DNA of 36,487 bases from Polyangiaceae bacterium (GCA_044222475.1 JBGANF010000082.1:1-36487); one strand, 5' to 3'; counted from the first letter of the stretch, positions 1 to 11,951 are shown. Translations and numbers: made by a program. The notes: a model not told the origin generated them from the letters alone.

Positions 1-66
1 GGGGTGCAGGCGCGAAGCGCCGAGCACGGCGGCGCGTGTCGCGAAAATCGACGAGGGGGGCACCCC
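1..66. repeat. Probable REP-like palindromic element, possibly truncated by the window edge
   Basis: GGGGTGC (1-7) is the reverse complement of GCACCCC (60-66); internal hairpin GGCGC-GAA-GCGCC; non-coding. Confidence 0.4.
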
Positions 67-77
67 TCTTCTCTCTC

Positions 78-161
78 TCCGACTCCGAGTCCGAGTCCGA
101 GTCCGACTCCGAGTCCGAATCAGCGTCCGAGTCCGAGTCCGAATCGGCGTCCGGGTCCGGT
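78..161. repeat. Hexamer tandem repeat, about 14 units of TCCGA(G/C/A) and variants
   Basis: Read directly: TCCGAC TCCGAG TCCGAG TCCGAG TCCGAC TCCGAG TCCGAA TCAGCG ...; lies upstream of the likely ATG at 199. Confidence 0.9.
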
Positions 162-198
162 CGTCTTTTCTCGGCGCACGGAGTACCTTGCCGCCTCG

Positions 199-666
199 AT
201 GGAACCGAAACCCCAGGATGCGTCGGCGTGCGACATGACCGAGTACGTCCTCCCCCAACACGCCAACGCGCTCGGCAACGTGTTCGGCGGACAGATCATG
301 GCCTGGGTCGATCTCTGCGCCGCGATCACCGCGCAGCGCCACTCGGGACGCATCGCCGTCACCGCGTTCGTCGACGATCTCAAGTTCGAGCAGCCGGTGA
401 AGGTCGGCGAAGTCGTCCGCCTCCGCGCCCACGTGTCGGCGACGTTCCGCACGTCGATGGAGATCGCCGTCACCGTCGAAGGCGAGGACTCGCGCACCGG
501 GCGCCGCTGGCCTTGCGTCACCGCCGCGCTCACGTTCGTCGCCATCGACGAGAACGCAAAGCCGACGCCGGTCCCCCCGCTCGCGATGACCTCCGACGGC
601 GTGCGCGCCTCCCAAGCGGAGGGCGAGCGACGCCGTGCGCTGCGCCTGAAGCGCCCCGTCACCTGA
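199..666 (+). CDS. Acyl-CoA thioesterase (hot-dog fold, YciA-like)
   Basis: VLPQHANALGNVFGGQIMAWVD, VTAFVDDLKFEQPVKVG, FRTSMEI and TFVAID motifs; start moved to ATG 199, past the hexamer repeat. Confidence 0.9.
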   Translation: MEPKPQDASACDMTEYVLPQHANALGNVFGGQIMAWVDLCAAITAQRHSGRIAVTAFVDDLKFEQPVKVGEVVRLRAHVSATFRTSMEIAVTVEGEDSRTGRRWPCVTAALTFVAIDENAKPTPVPPLAMTSDGVRASQAEGERRRALRLKRPVT

Positions 667-1018
667 CGGTGACCGTCTTGCGCGCGATGACGTGAAACGG
701 AAGCGCCGGGTACCCGTCGTGCAAACGCACCTCGAACTTTCCGCGCGCCGTCGTCTTGATCTTGTCGAGCACGACGCCGCCGATCACGTAGTGCCAATCG
801 CCGAAATCGCCCTCGGGCGCGCCGAGCGGCACGAGCGTCACCCAGTGGCTCGACGGCCCCGCGTCGAGCGAGATCGGCACGACGTAGTTGATGACGATCT
901 CCTCGCCGAGCGCGTAGTCGGTCTTGTCGGTCACGACGTCGACGTGAGGCGGCGCCAGCCGAGAGCGCAGGTCACATCCGGCGAGCACGAGCGCGACCAC
1001 GACCGCAAAGCGACGCAT
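659..1018 (-). CDS. Small lipoprotein with a beta-sandwich/Ig-like domain
   Basis: MRRFAVVVALVLAG-C lipobox; TDKTDYALGEEIVINY...WVTLV...GKFEVRL beta-strand pattern; alternative start 1027. Confidence 0.75.
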   Translation of the reverse strand: MRRFAVVVALVLAGCDLRSRLAPPHVDVVTDKTDYALGEEIVINYVVPISLDAGPSSHWVTLVPLGAPEGDFGDWHYVIGGVVLDKIKTTARGKFEVRLHDGYPALPFHVIARKTVTVR

Positions 1019-1080
1019 CGCGTCCATCGTAGGCCCACAAAAGCACTTGCGGCGGGGGGAAACGCACGTAAAACGGGCCC

Positions 1081-2481
<1,401 letters not shown>

Positions 2482-2495
2482 GATAGACTCTCGGG

Positions 2496-4049
2496 ATGAG
2501 ACCGTTCGTCGCTCTTGGGGCGTGCGTGATCGTCACCGTCGCATGCGGAGGGGATGACACCACCACCACCCCGACCGACGGCGGTACCAACCCCGACACC
2601 GGCACCCCCACCGACGGAGGAAGCAACCCGGACACCGGCACGCCTCCACCGCCGCCGCCACCGAAGACGGTGTGCGACGTGCCGGCGAAGGCCGTCGACA
2701 CGTCGAAACCGACGACCGTCGTCGGAACCGGCACTCCCGCGAGCTGCACCGACGTCGCCTTCCGCGCCGCGGTCGCGACCGGCGGCATCGTCACGTTCGA
2801 CTGCGGGTCTTCGCCAGTCACGATCACCGTCGCCTCCGAGGTCCCCGTCTCGAAGGACACGACGATCGACGGCGGCGGCAAGGTCACCCTGAGCGGTGGC
2901 GGGAAGTCGCGCATCCTCCACATCAAGAGCGCGTGGAACGTCGCCACGCCCCTCCTGACCGTCCAGAAGCTGACCTTCGTCGACGGCTTCACGACCGACG
3001 TCGCGAACACGAAGGACACGAAGCAGGGGGGCGCGGCGATCTTCGAGGACGGTGGCTCGCTCACCGTCGTCGACTGCACGTTCACGAACAACAAGTGTGC
3101 GCAAACCGGGCAAGACGTCTCCGGCGGCGCGATCAACGGTCAGGGCATCGGCACCCTGATCATCGTCGGCAGCACGTTCTCCGGGAACTCGGGCTCGAAC
3201 GGCGGCGCGGTCGGGACCCAGGCGGAGAACGTCACGATCGTGAACTCCACGTTCGCGAACAACTCGGCGAACGGCACCGGAGGAAATCCCGGCAACGGCG
3301 GCGACGGCGGCGCCCTCTCGTACGACGGGGCCAAGAACTCCCTGACCTTGTGCGGCGACTCGTTCACCAAGAACCACGCTAACGCCGCGGGCGGCGCGAT
3401 CTTCCGCGTCGCGTACTCCGCCGAGCCGGTGAACATCGATCGCTCGACGTTCGACGCGAACGGCGTCGACGAGACCTCGGGCAACGCCGGTGGGCTCTAC
3501 CTGGAGAACGTGACGATCACGATGAGCGGCACGACGATCTCGAACAACCGAGCTCACTTCGGTGGCGGGATCTGGATCGGCCAGTCCGCGGTGGGGAACC
3601 TCACCAACGTGACCATCGCGAACAACTTCGCCTCCGGCGGTGGCGGCGTTTGGTTCGCGAACCAAGTCACCGGGACGTTCGAGAACGTGACCGTCGCCGG
3701 CAACACCGGAGACGGGCTCTTCGGCGGCGACACCGGGATGAAGCTCAAGAACACCATCGTCGCGAACAACGTCAAAGGCACGCTCGACAGCACGACGAAC
3801 TGCGCCAAGGCTCACGCGAGCGCCGGACCGAACATGCAGTTCCCGGGAACCGGGACCCAGTGCGCGCCCGGCATCACGATCGACGATCCCAAACTGGGAC
3901 CGCTTCAAGACAACGGCGGTCCGACGTTCACGATGCTGCCCGCCGCTGGAAGCCCGGCGATCGGCAAGGGAACGGCCTGTCCGGCCATCGACCAGCGAGG
4001 CAACGCACGGACCGCGACCTGCGCGCTCGGCGCAGTGGAACCGCCCTGA
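2496..4049 (+). CDS. Lipoprotein with parallel beta-helix (Pmp-like GGAI/FxxN repeats) and choice-of-anchor-Q-like C-terminus
   Basis: Lipobox TVA-C; Thr/Pro linker with duplicated TPTDGGxNPDTG; repeated GGAI/GGAL/GGAV + FxNN motifs; C-terminal DPKLGPLQDNGGPTFTMLPAAGSPAI...DQRG...GAVE. Confidence 0.85.
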   Translation: MRPFVALGACVIVTVACGGDDTTTTPTDGGTNPDTGTPTDGGSNPDTGTPPPPPPPKTVCDVPAKAVDTSKPTTVVGTGTPASCTDVAFRAAVATGGIVTFDCGSSPVTITVASEVPVSKDTTIDGGGKVTLSGGGKSRILHIKSAWNVATPLLTVQKLTFVDGFTTDVANTKDTKQGGAAIFEDGGSLTVVDCTFTNNKCAQTGQDVSGGAINGQGIGTLIIVGSTFSGNSGSNGGAVGTQAENVTIVNSTFANNSANGTGGNPGNGGDGGALSYDGAKNSLTLCGDSFTKNHANAAGGAIFRVAYSAEPVNIDRSTFDANGVDETSGNAGGLYLENVTITMSGTTISNNRAHFGGGIWIGQSAVGNLTNVTIANNFASGGGGVWFANQVTGTFENVTVAGNTGDGLFGGDTGMKLKNTIVANNVKGTLDSTTNCAKAHASAGPNMQFPGTGTQCAPGITIDDPKLGPLQDNGGPTFTMLPAAGSPAIGKGTACPAIDQRGNARTATCALGAVEPP

Positions 4050-4050
4050 G

Positions 4051-5751
4051 TCAGGGCCCGAGCTTCGCCAGCACCGCCGACACGCTGTGCGGCGGGAACG
4101 TCGTCGGGATCGTGTTCGACACGATGATCGTCGTCGACTCGTTCACCGGCACCATCGCCACGGCCTCCATCTTGCCGTCGCAGGTGCGCACTCCGAAGCG
4201 GACGAGCGTGGACGCTGCCGCCGCGTTGGGCGGCCCCCACCGCGCGATGTCGCGCGACTGATTGGGCGCGAGCGGCGACGTGAGCGCGCTCTGCGTGACG
4301 GGAGTCTTGAGCTTCTGGTCGAGCGGGTACACCTCGCAGATCGGTGACGTGCTCTTGTTGTCGATGCGGACGAGGTTCGGGCCCTTGAGCTGCGCGAACA
4401 TCGCAGCCGCTGCGGGCGCGTCGGCCTTCGGCTTGCCGAAGCTGCCGGCGACGCTCACGTTGCCGGTGCCACTGACGGTCACGCCGGTCGGGCCGACGGC
4501 CACGTGTCCGGTGCCGGTGCCGGTCGCGGTGACCGTCCCGCCGCCGCCACCGGTGGGCTTCACGCGCGGGCCCTGAACGCTGAGGTCGGTGTTGGAGCTG
4601 ACCGCGCGCACGCCGACGGACGCGACGCCCTGCGGGAACGGCGAGCTGACCGTCGTGAACACCGGCCGCGGGCCGGGCGAGCCGTTGCGACCGCGGTATC
4701 CCCCGGACCGACCGTTGCGTCCCGGGCGACCTTCGCGCCGGCACACGATGTTGTTGCTCGGACCGCCGCGCAGCTCGACGTAGCCGCCCCGCCCGCCGCC
4801 GCCGGCCGCGCCGGGACCGCCACCGGAGCCACCGCCGTTCGTCGTCGTGATCACCTGCTGGAGCTCGGGGTGCGACGCGTCGATGAACACCGTGATCGGT
4901 CCGCCGTTGCCGCCGTCGGCGCCGCCGCCGCCGTCGCCGCCGTCGCCGCCGTCGCCGGCGTCGCACGCGAAGCGTCCGTCGTTGAACGTGCCGCCGTCGC
5001 CGCCGCTGCCGCCGTCGCCGCCGCGACCGCCGGAGCCGCCGCTGTTGTCGACCGAGAGCCTCGCCGCGCCGGGCGCGAACAAGCGCACGTCGGTCTCGTG
5101 CGAGAGCACCGACACGGTGCGCGCGATCACGAGCTGCCCGCGCTTCGGAGTGTCGACGATGCCGAGCGTGACCTCGAGCGGGCCCGCGTCGAAGCCGGGC
5201 GTGCCGTCGCCGCCGTCGCCACCATGGCCGCCGAAGAGCTGGCTCGAGTTGCCGGACTGGCCGTACCCGCCGCCTTCGCCGTTCTCGCCGCCGTACCCGC
5301 CGAGCGCGACGCGCTCCTTGCAGGTGAAATCGGGCACGAACGTGACCTTGCTGGGCGCGAGATCAGGCCGACCGATCAGCGCGGCTTCGGCGACGACGTC
5401 GTTCTCGAGGAGGTACGCGTAGTCCTGTGGGGGGATGAAGTAGACGCCGTTGACGCGCACGTCGATCTTCCCGGCGCTCGCCTTGTACGTGAAGTTCTTC
5501 CGCGCATCGATCCGGACGTCGTCGTCGAGGCCGTTCGTCGCGCGCATCTTGCCGTCTTTGAGGGTGACGGCGAGGTCCAGCTTCACCTCGCCCCAAGGGC
5601 AGAATTTTCCACCGTGCGAATCGACCATCACCTTGGTGACGTCGAGCGGATCGAGCTTGGGGATGCCTCCGCAGGCGGTCAGCGACGACGCGGCGGTGAT
5701 CAAGGCGGCAAGGAGGAAGGGGACGTGGCGCTTCTGGATCATGGCTTCCAA
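4051..5751 (-). CDS. Lipoprotein with Gly-rich GGX-repeat segments
   Basis: Lipobox LTA-C; GGDGGDG/GGNGG/GGSGG tracts separated by short globular segments; start TTG 5751 or ATG 5742. Confidence 0.8.
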   Translation of the reverse strand: MEAMIQKRHVPFLLAALITAASSLTACGGIPKLDPLDVTKVMVDSHGGKFCPWGEVKLDLAVTLKDGKMRATNGLDDDVRIDARKNFTYKASAGKIDVRVNGVYFIPPQDYAYLLENDVVAEAALIGRPDLAPSKVTFVPDFTCKERVALGGYGGENGEGGGYGQSGNSSQLFGGHGGDGGDGTPGFDAGPLEVTLGIVDTPKRGQLVIARTVSVLSHETDVRLFAPGAARLSVDNSGGSGGRGGDGGSGGDGGTFNDGRFACDAGDGGDGGDGGGGADGGNGGPITVFIDASHPELQQVITTTNGGGSGGGPGAAGGGGRGGYVELRGGPSNNIVCRREGRPGRNGRSGGYRGRNGSPGPRPVFTTVSSPFPQGVASVGVRAVSSNTDLSVQGPRVKPTGGGGGTVTATGTGTGHVAVGPTGVTVSGTGNVSVAGSFGKPKADAPAAAAMFAQLKGPNLVRIDNKSTSPICEVYPLDQKLKTPVTQSALTSPLAPNQSRDIARWGPPNAAAASTLVRFGVRTCDGKMEAVAMVPVNESTTIIVSNTIPTTFPPHSVSAVLAKLGP

Positions 5752-5810
5752 CCCCGGAGCTTACGCTGGCGGCGGTCGAATCCTTTCACGTTCCGGCCAG
5801 AAAACGCGCG

Positions 5811-7286
5811 TCAGCCGTTCGTAGACTCGCGGGCTCGCTCGTAAATCGCGTCGACGTAGTGCTTCGCCGCGGTGGTCCAGGAGCTGTCCCTGGCCATCCC
5901 GCGGAGCCGCAGATCGTGGAGGGCGTTCCGCGCCAAGTACGCCGTCAGGGCGTCTTCGCAGGCCACCAGGAGGTCGACCACGGTCGGCGCGGTCGCCACG
6001 AACCCGGTCCCGGTCGCGCGGGCGAGGTTCGCCGGCTCGACCGTGTCGTGCAGGCCGCCCACGTCGGTCACGACGGGCACCGCGCCGTAGCGCATCGCGT
6101 AGAGCTGGGTCAGGCCGCACGGCTCGAAGCGGGACGGCACGACGAAGAAGTCGCACGCGGCGTTGATGCGGCCGGCGAGCGCTGCGTCGAAGGCGACGCG
6201 CGCCCCGACGTGACCGGGGAAGCGCTTGCCCGCGTAGTGGAGCGCCTCCTCGAGGCGTCGATCGCCGGTGCCGACCATGACGACGTTCGCGCCGCGGTCC
6301 ACGAGCGCGGGGATCGCGTCGATCAGGATGTCGATGCCCTTCTGATCGGTGAGCCGCGACACGCTCGCGAAGAGCGGCGCGTCCTCGTACACCAATCCGA
6401 ATTCGTTGCAGAGTGCACGTTTGTTCGCGGCCTTGCCGGCGCGGAGGTCGTCCGGACCGTAGCGCTGGGCGAGCCGCGGGTCGGTGCGCGGATCGAAGCG
6501 CTCCTCGTCGATGCCGTTGGCGACGCCGACGAGCTTTCGCTCGTGCATCCGGAGGAACCAGTCGAGGTAGAAGCCGTGCTCCTTGCGGCGGATCTCGCGC
6601 GCATAGGTGGGGCTCACGGTCGTCACCAGATCGGAGAGGGCGATGGCGCCCTTCATCAGGTTCACGTTGCCGTCGTGCTCGAGGCACTGCCAGTGGAAGA
6701 GCCCGCGCGGGATGCCGAGTCGATCCAGCGCGCCGAAGCCGAGGAGGCCCTGGTACGCGAGGTTGTGGATGGTGAAGATCGCCGGGACGCGCGCGAACGC
6801 GTGGCCCATCGTCGTCTTCGCGTAGATGATCGAGAGCGCGGCGTGCCAGTCGTGCGCGTGGATCGCGTCGAAGCCCTCGGGCCAGAGACGAACGGCGATC
6901 TCGAGCGCGGCGCGGCTCAAGGTCGCGAAGCGGAGCTCGTTGTCCCCGAACGTGCCTTGGGCGTCGCCGTAGATGCCGCGACGCGAGCCGAAGAGATAGT
7001 CGTCGGCGACGAGGCAGAACCGCAGCGAGCCCGGTCCGGTCGGATCGGACACCTCGGCGACGCCGACCTGGCGCACCCCGTCGTCACCCCAGCCGACGCG
7101 CACCGGGACGGAGCCGAGCCAGAAACGGTGCGGGCGCGCCATGGGCGTGGTCCCGTAGAGCGGCGTGACGACGCACACGTCGTGGCCGAGCCGCGCGAGC
7201 GCGCGGGCCAAGCCGTAGACCACGTCGCCGAGCCCACCCGAGCGGGCGAAGGTCTCGACCTCGGCGGAGACCATCAAAATGCGCAT
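5811..7286 (-). CDS. glgA: Glycogen synthase (GT5)
   Basis: MRILMVSAE...RSGGLGDV, HAHDWH, FTIHNLAYQG, TTVSPTYA, SRLTDQKG, VPSRFEPCGLTQLYAMRYG, GGLHDTV. Confidence 0.95.
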   Translation of the reverse strand: MRILMVSAEVETFARSGGLGDVVYGLARALARLGHDVCVVTPLYGTTPMARPHRFWLGSVPVRVGWGDDGVRQVGVAEVSDPTGPGSLRFCLVADDYLFGSRRGIYGDAQGTFGDNELRFATLSRAALEIAVRLWPEGFDAIHAHDWHAALSIIYAKTTMGHAFARVPAIFTIHNLAYQGLLGFGALDRLGIPRGLFHWQCLEHDGNVNLMKGAIALSDLVTTVSPTYAREIRRKEHGFYLDWFLRMHERKLVGVANGIDEERFDPRTDPRLAQRYGPDDLRAGKAANKRALCNEFGLVYEDAPLFASVSRLTDQKGIDILIDAIPALVDRGANVVMVGTGDRRLEEALHYAGKRFPGHVGARVAFDAALAGRINAACDFFVVPSRFEPCGLTQLYAMRYGAVPVVTDVGGLHDTVEPANLARATGTGFVATAPTVVDLLVACEDALTAYLARNALHDLRLRGMARDSSWTTAAKHYVDAIYERARESTNG

Positions 7287-7366
7287 TTCGCCCGACTCGA
7301 ATACCACGGCTTCCGTTCAAAAGACGAATGCGGAATGTGGAGGCGGAATGGGAATTGGGAACGCGG

Positions 7367-8023
7367 TCAGCCGTCGCTACGGACTCCGAGGATCTTGTTA
7401 CCCAGGAGAAAGCCCAGCGCCGCGAAGCCGGCGACCGGGAGGACGTGCCCCAGGAGCACGTGCTCGACGTTCGCGTAGGCGCAGTGCACGTCCATCAGGA
7501 CTCCGGCGAGGAGCCCCGCCGCCGCGCCGTAGGCCGCCAGCGTGAGGCGCGGCTTCACCGGGTCGGAGCCGCGGCGAATCCACGCCATGGCCGCGAACGG
7601 GCCAGCGGCGATGAACAGCGAATACACGAAGCACGCGACGTGGGCGATGCGCGGCGCGTCGGCGTCGTCGGCCTCGGGCCACAGCGCGATGCAGGCGAGC
7701 ATCCACACGAGCGCGGCCGGCGCACCGGCGACGACGACGCGGAGCATGCGCGAGTCGCGCCCGAGCATGGACCCGCCTCGACCGTAGGAGAAGACCAAGG
7801 CGAGCACGCCGAGGACGGCCCAGCCGGCGGCGCTCACCGCGACGAACGCGATCGGTCGCGTGCCGAGGCGGAAGCCGCTCGCTCCGAAGAGCACGAGCGC
7901 GAGCGCGATGCCGGCGAGCCACGCGATGCGACCCCGATTCGCCGCCGCTTCGCGGGTCGGCGACGGCTGCTTCGCCAGCGCGGCGAGCATGCGTGCCTTG
8001 TGATCGGGGGGGAGCGTGCTCAC
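7367..8023 (-). CDS. Membrane anti-sigma factor, NrsF/DUF1109-like
   Basis: About 6 hydrophobic segments; RRGSDPVKP..LAAYGAAAG and HC...HVLLGHVLP motifs; 4-nt overlap with the upstream ECF sigma. Confidence 0.75.
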   Translation of the reverse strand: MSTLPPDHKARMLAALAKQPSPTREAAANRGRIAWLAGIALALVLFGASGFRLGTRPIAFVAVSAAGWAVLGVLALVFSYGRGGSMLGRDSRMLRVVVAGAPAALVWMLACIALWPEADDADAPRIAHVACFVYSLFIAAGPFAAMAWIRRGSDPVKPRLTLAAYGAAAGLLAGVLMDVHCAYANVEHVLLGHVLPVAGFAALGFLLGNKILGVRSDG

Positions 8024-8601
8024 GAGTCGAATCCTTCCGGAAGCCGCGACCCGAGGGCCGCGCGCAGCGCTTCGTACGCGCGGAACGCGCGAAGCTTCAC
8101 CGCGGACACGGTGGTTCCGAGGACCTCGGCCGCCTCCGCCATCGAGAGACCTTCTTGCTTCACGAGCTCGAACGCGACGCGCTGCGCCTCGGGCAGCCGC
8201 GCGAGCTCGGCTCGGACGAGCCCGGCGAGCTCCTGCGCGGCGACGAGGTCGTCGGCGCGGGCGCCGGAGGCCGGCACGTCGTCCGCGGGCCCTTCGCCGT
8301 CGCTGGTGAGCACCTCACGGCGGCCACGGCGCCCGCTGTCGATCAGGAGGCGCCGCGCGATCGCGTAGGCCCACGGCAGCACCGGCGCTCCGAGCAGGAA
8401 GCTCCCGCGGGCCACGTGCATCTTGAGGAGCGTCTGCTGGAGCACGTCCTCCGCTCGAGCGGCGTCGCGCGTCTGGCGCATGAGGAACGCGTAGATGCGC
8501 GGCGCGATCTCGTCGTAGACCTCGCCGAACGCGGCGTCGTCGCCGGCCGCGTAGCGGTCCATCGCGCGATCGGCGGCCGAGGGCGACACCCAACCGCTCA
8601 T
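8020..8601 (-). CDS. ECF RNA polymerase sigma factor
   Basis: GDDAAFGEVY, AEDVLQQT, PWAYAIARRLLID (region 2); LPEAQR..FEL...EGLSMAEAAEVLGTTVSAVKLRAFRA (region 4); exact start uncertain. Confidence 0.93.
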   Translation of the reverse strand: MSGWVSPSAADRAMDRYAAGDDAAFGEVYDEIAPRIYAFLMRQTRDAARAEDVLQQTLLKMHVARGSFLLGAPVLPWAYAIARRLLIDSGRRGRREVLTSDGEGPADDVPASGARADDLVAAQELAGLVRAELARLPEAQRVAFELVKQEGLSMAEAAEVLGTTVSAVKLRAFRAYEALRAALGSRLPEGFDS

Positions 8602-8710
8602 AGCACAGGGCCCGAACGGACCTGGACGAGGGATGGCGAGCGCGGTCACCCCGAGATTACGGGACGACGTGGCCGCCGGTTTCGCCCGAACCCTCTGCTA
8701 CGCTCGATCC

Positions 8711-9946
8711 GTGGGTTTTCCTCCGGCCCTCGACCCGCCGCCGATCGTCAGCCGGCTCACGATCGCCGACGTCGGCCCGTCCGCCCGCGGCGGCCGGACG
8801 CTGGCGTTCGTCCAAGGCGGCGAATTCCATCCGGAAATCCGATACGTCCTCGCGACGCCGAAGGCGGTCTGGGACCCCAAGTCGTTCCCGATCCCGGTGA
8901 AGCTCGGGCTGCCCCGCAGCCGGGACCTCGGCGCGGACACGGACGGCGAGGTCGCGGTCGCCCTGCGGACGTGGGGCGAGGTCTCGTGCACGGCGTTCCG
9001 CGCGACGCTCGCAGGGACCGTCACGGCACCGGCCGGCGACGACGGCACCAGCGGCGTGTACTGGCACGACGCCGCGTGGCCGCCTCCGGAAGCCCCGGGC
9101 CTCACGCCGGGCGCTCTCGCCGAGACGCTCGTGCGCACCGACGTGAACGGAATCGCCTACGACGCCGACGTCCACGTGAACGGCAAGGACTTCGTGTGGT
9201 CCCTCGACGGTCGCCCCGGGACGGTCGACGCGCGCAGCGTGCTGGTGCACGAGCTCGGGCACTTCCTCGGTCTCGGGCACTCGACCGATCCGATCGCCAC
9301 GATGTACGCGTCGAAGCCGGCGGGCCTCGGCTGGCGATCGCTCGAGAGCGACGACGTGGCCGGTGTCTGCTTCCTGTATCCGGGCACCGGGGACCTCGGT
9401 TGCCCGGCGACGCCCTGCCCCTCCGGGCTCTCGTGCGTGGCCAAGCGGTGCGAGCGCGTCGGCACTCCGTCGACCGTGTGCTCGCCGTGCGAGCGCGTCG
9501 CCTTCGCCTGCGACGGCGCCGGGAGCGACGCGCGCTGCATCGACCTGCCGGGCGGCCGCGTCTGCGGGCGAGCGTGCGAGAAGGACGGCGACTGCGGACC
9601 TGGATTTCACTGCAAACCCACGTCGCAAGCCGGCGATCTGCAATGCGTTTCGGACGACGGATGCGCGAGCGGCCCCTTCCCCTGCAGCGACGGCGGCGCG
9701 TGCCCGAGCGGCTCGGTCTGCGCCGCCGGCGCGTGCGTCGGCATCGTCCCAAAAGGGGACGCCGGGCCGGACGCGAGCGACTCGGACGCCGGCGCTCCGC
9801 CCCCCGGCGTCGGCGGCGGAGGTTGCTCGTGCAACGCGAGCGCCCGCGACCAAGGCGCGCCCTACGCGATCGCGGCGGGCCTTCTGCTCCTGGTGCTACG
9901 TCGGCGGCGCTCCCAAGAGGGAGCGCCAGGACGAGGAGAGCGCTAG
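8711..9946 (+). CDS. Matrixin-family (metzincin) metalloprotease with Cys-rich repeats and MYXO-CTERM-like tail
   Basis: HELGHFLGLGH zinc motif, Met-turn ATMY, Cys-rich region, GGGGCSC + hydrophobic helix + RRRR; start GTG 8711 inferred (ORF open from 8633). Confidence 0.88.
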   Translation: MGFPPALDPPPIVSRLTIADVGPSARGGRTLAFVQGGEFHPEIRYVLATPKAVWDPKSFPIPVKLGLPRSRDLGADTDGEVAVALRTWGEVSCTAFRATLAGTVTAPAGDDGTSGVYWHDAAWPPPEAPGLTPGALAETLVRTDVNGIAYDADVHVNGKDFVWSLDGRPGTVDARSVLVHELGHFLGLGHSTDPIATMYASKPAGLGWRSLESDDVAGVCFLYPGTGDLGCPATPCPSGLSCVAKRCERVGTPSTVCSPCERVAFACDGAGSDARCIDLPGGRVCGRACEKDGDCGPGFHCKPTSQAGDLQCVSDDGCASGPFPCSDGGACPSGSVCAAGACVGIVPKGDAGPDASDSDAGAPPPGVGGGGCSCNASARDQGAPYAIAAGLLLLVLRRRRSQEGAPGRGER

Positions 9947-10040
9947 GACGCAAAGAGAGGGAAGAGGGTGTGCGCCGAGAGCACGCCCCTCTTCTTCCTT
10001 GCGTCCTCGCGTTCTCCTCGTCCTTGCGGTCCTCTGGGAG
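9910..10040. repeat. Long imperfect inverted repeat (about 60-bp arms), MITE/REP-like
   Basis: Left arm CTCCCAAGAGG...AGGACGAGGAGAGCGCTAGGACGCAA...GAAGAGGGTGTGC matches the reverse complement of right arm GCACGCCCCTCTTC...TTGCGTCCTCGCGTTCTCCTCGTCCT...CCTCTGGGAG; lies between convergent genes. Confidence 0.85.
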
Positions 10041-10042
10041 AG

Positions 10043-11875
<1,833 letters not shown>

Positions 11876-11951
11876 CGACGCGGAAGGTAACACCTCGGTT
11901 CGGCCGAACCAGGGCAAAAGCGTGCTAGATCGCACACCCCGTGAGCATCCC

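Noticed and set aside
4..198. N-terminal SPSPSP or SESESE extensions in ORFs 4..666 and 36..695
   Set aside because: They are translations of the intergenic hexamer repeat; thioesterase similarity begins at ATG 199.
4043..4057. Palindrome GCCCTGA-G-TCAGGGC at convergent stops (similar junction at 17091-17096)
   Set aside because: Largely explained by two abutting CCC-TGA gene ends; short and lacks a U-tract.
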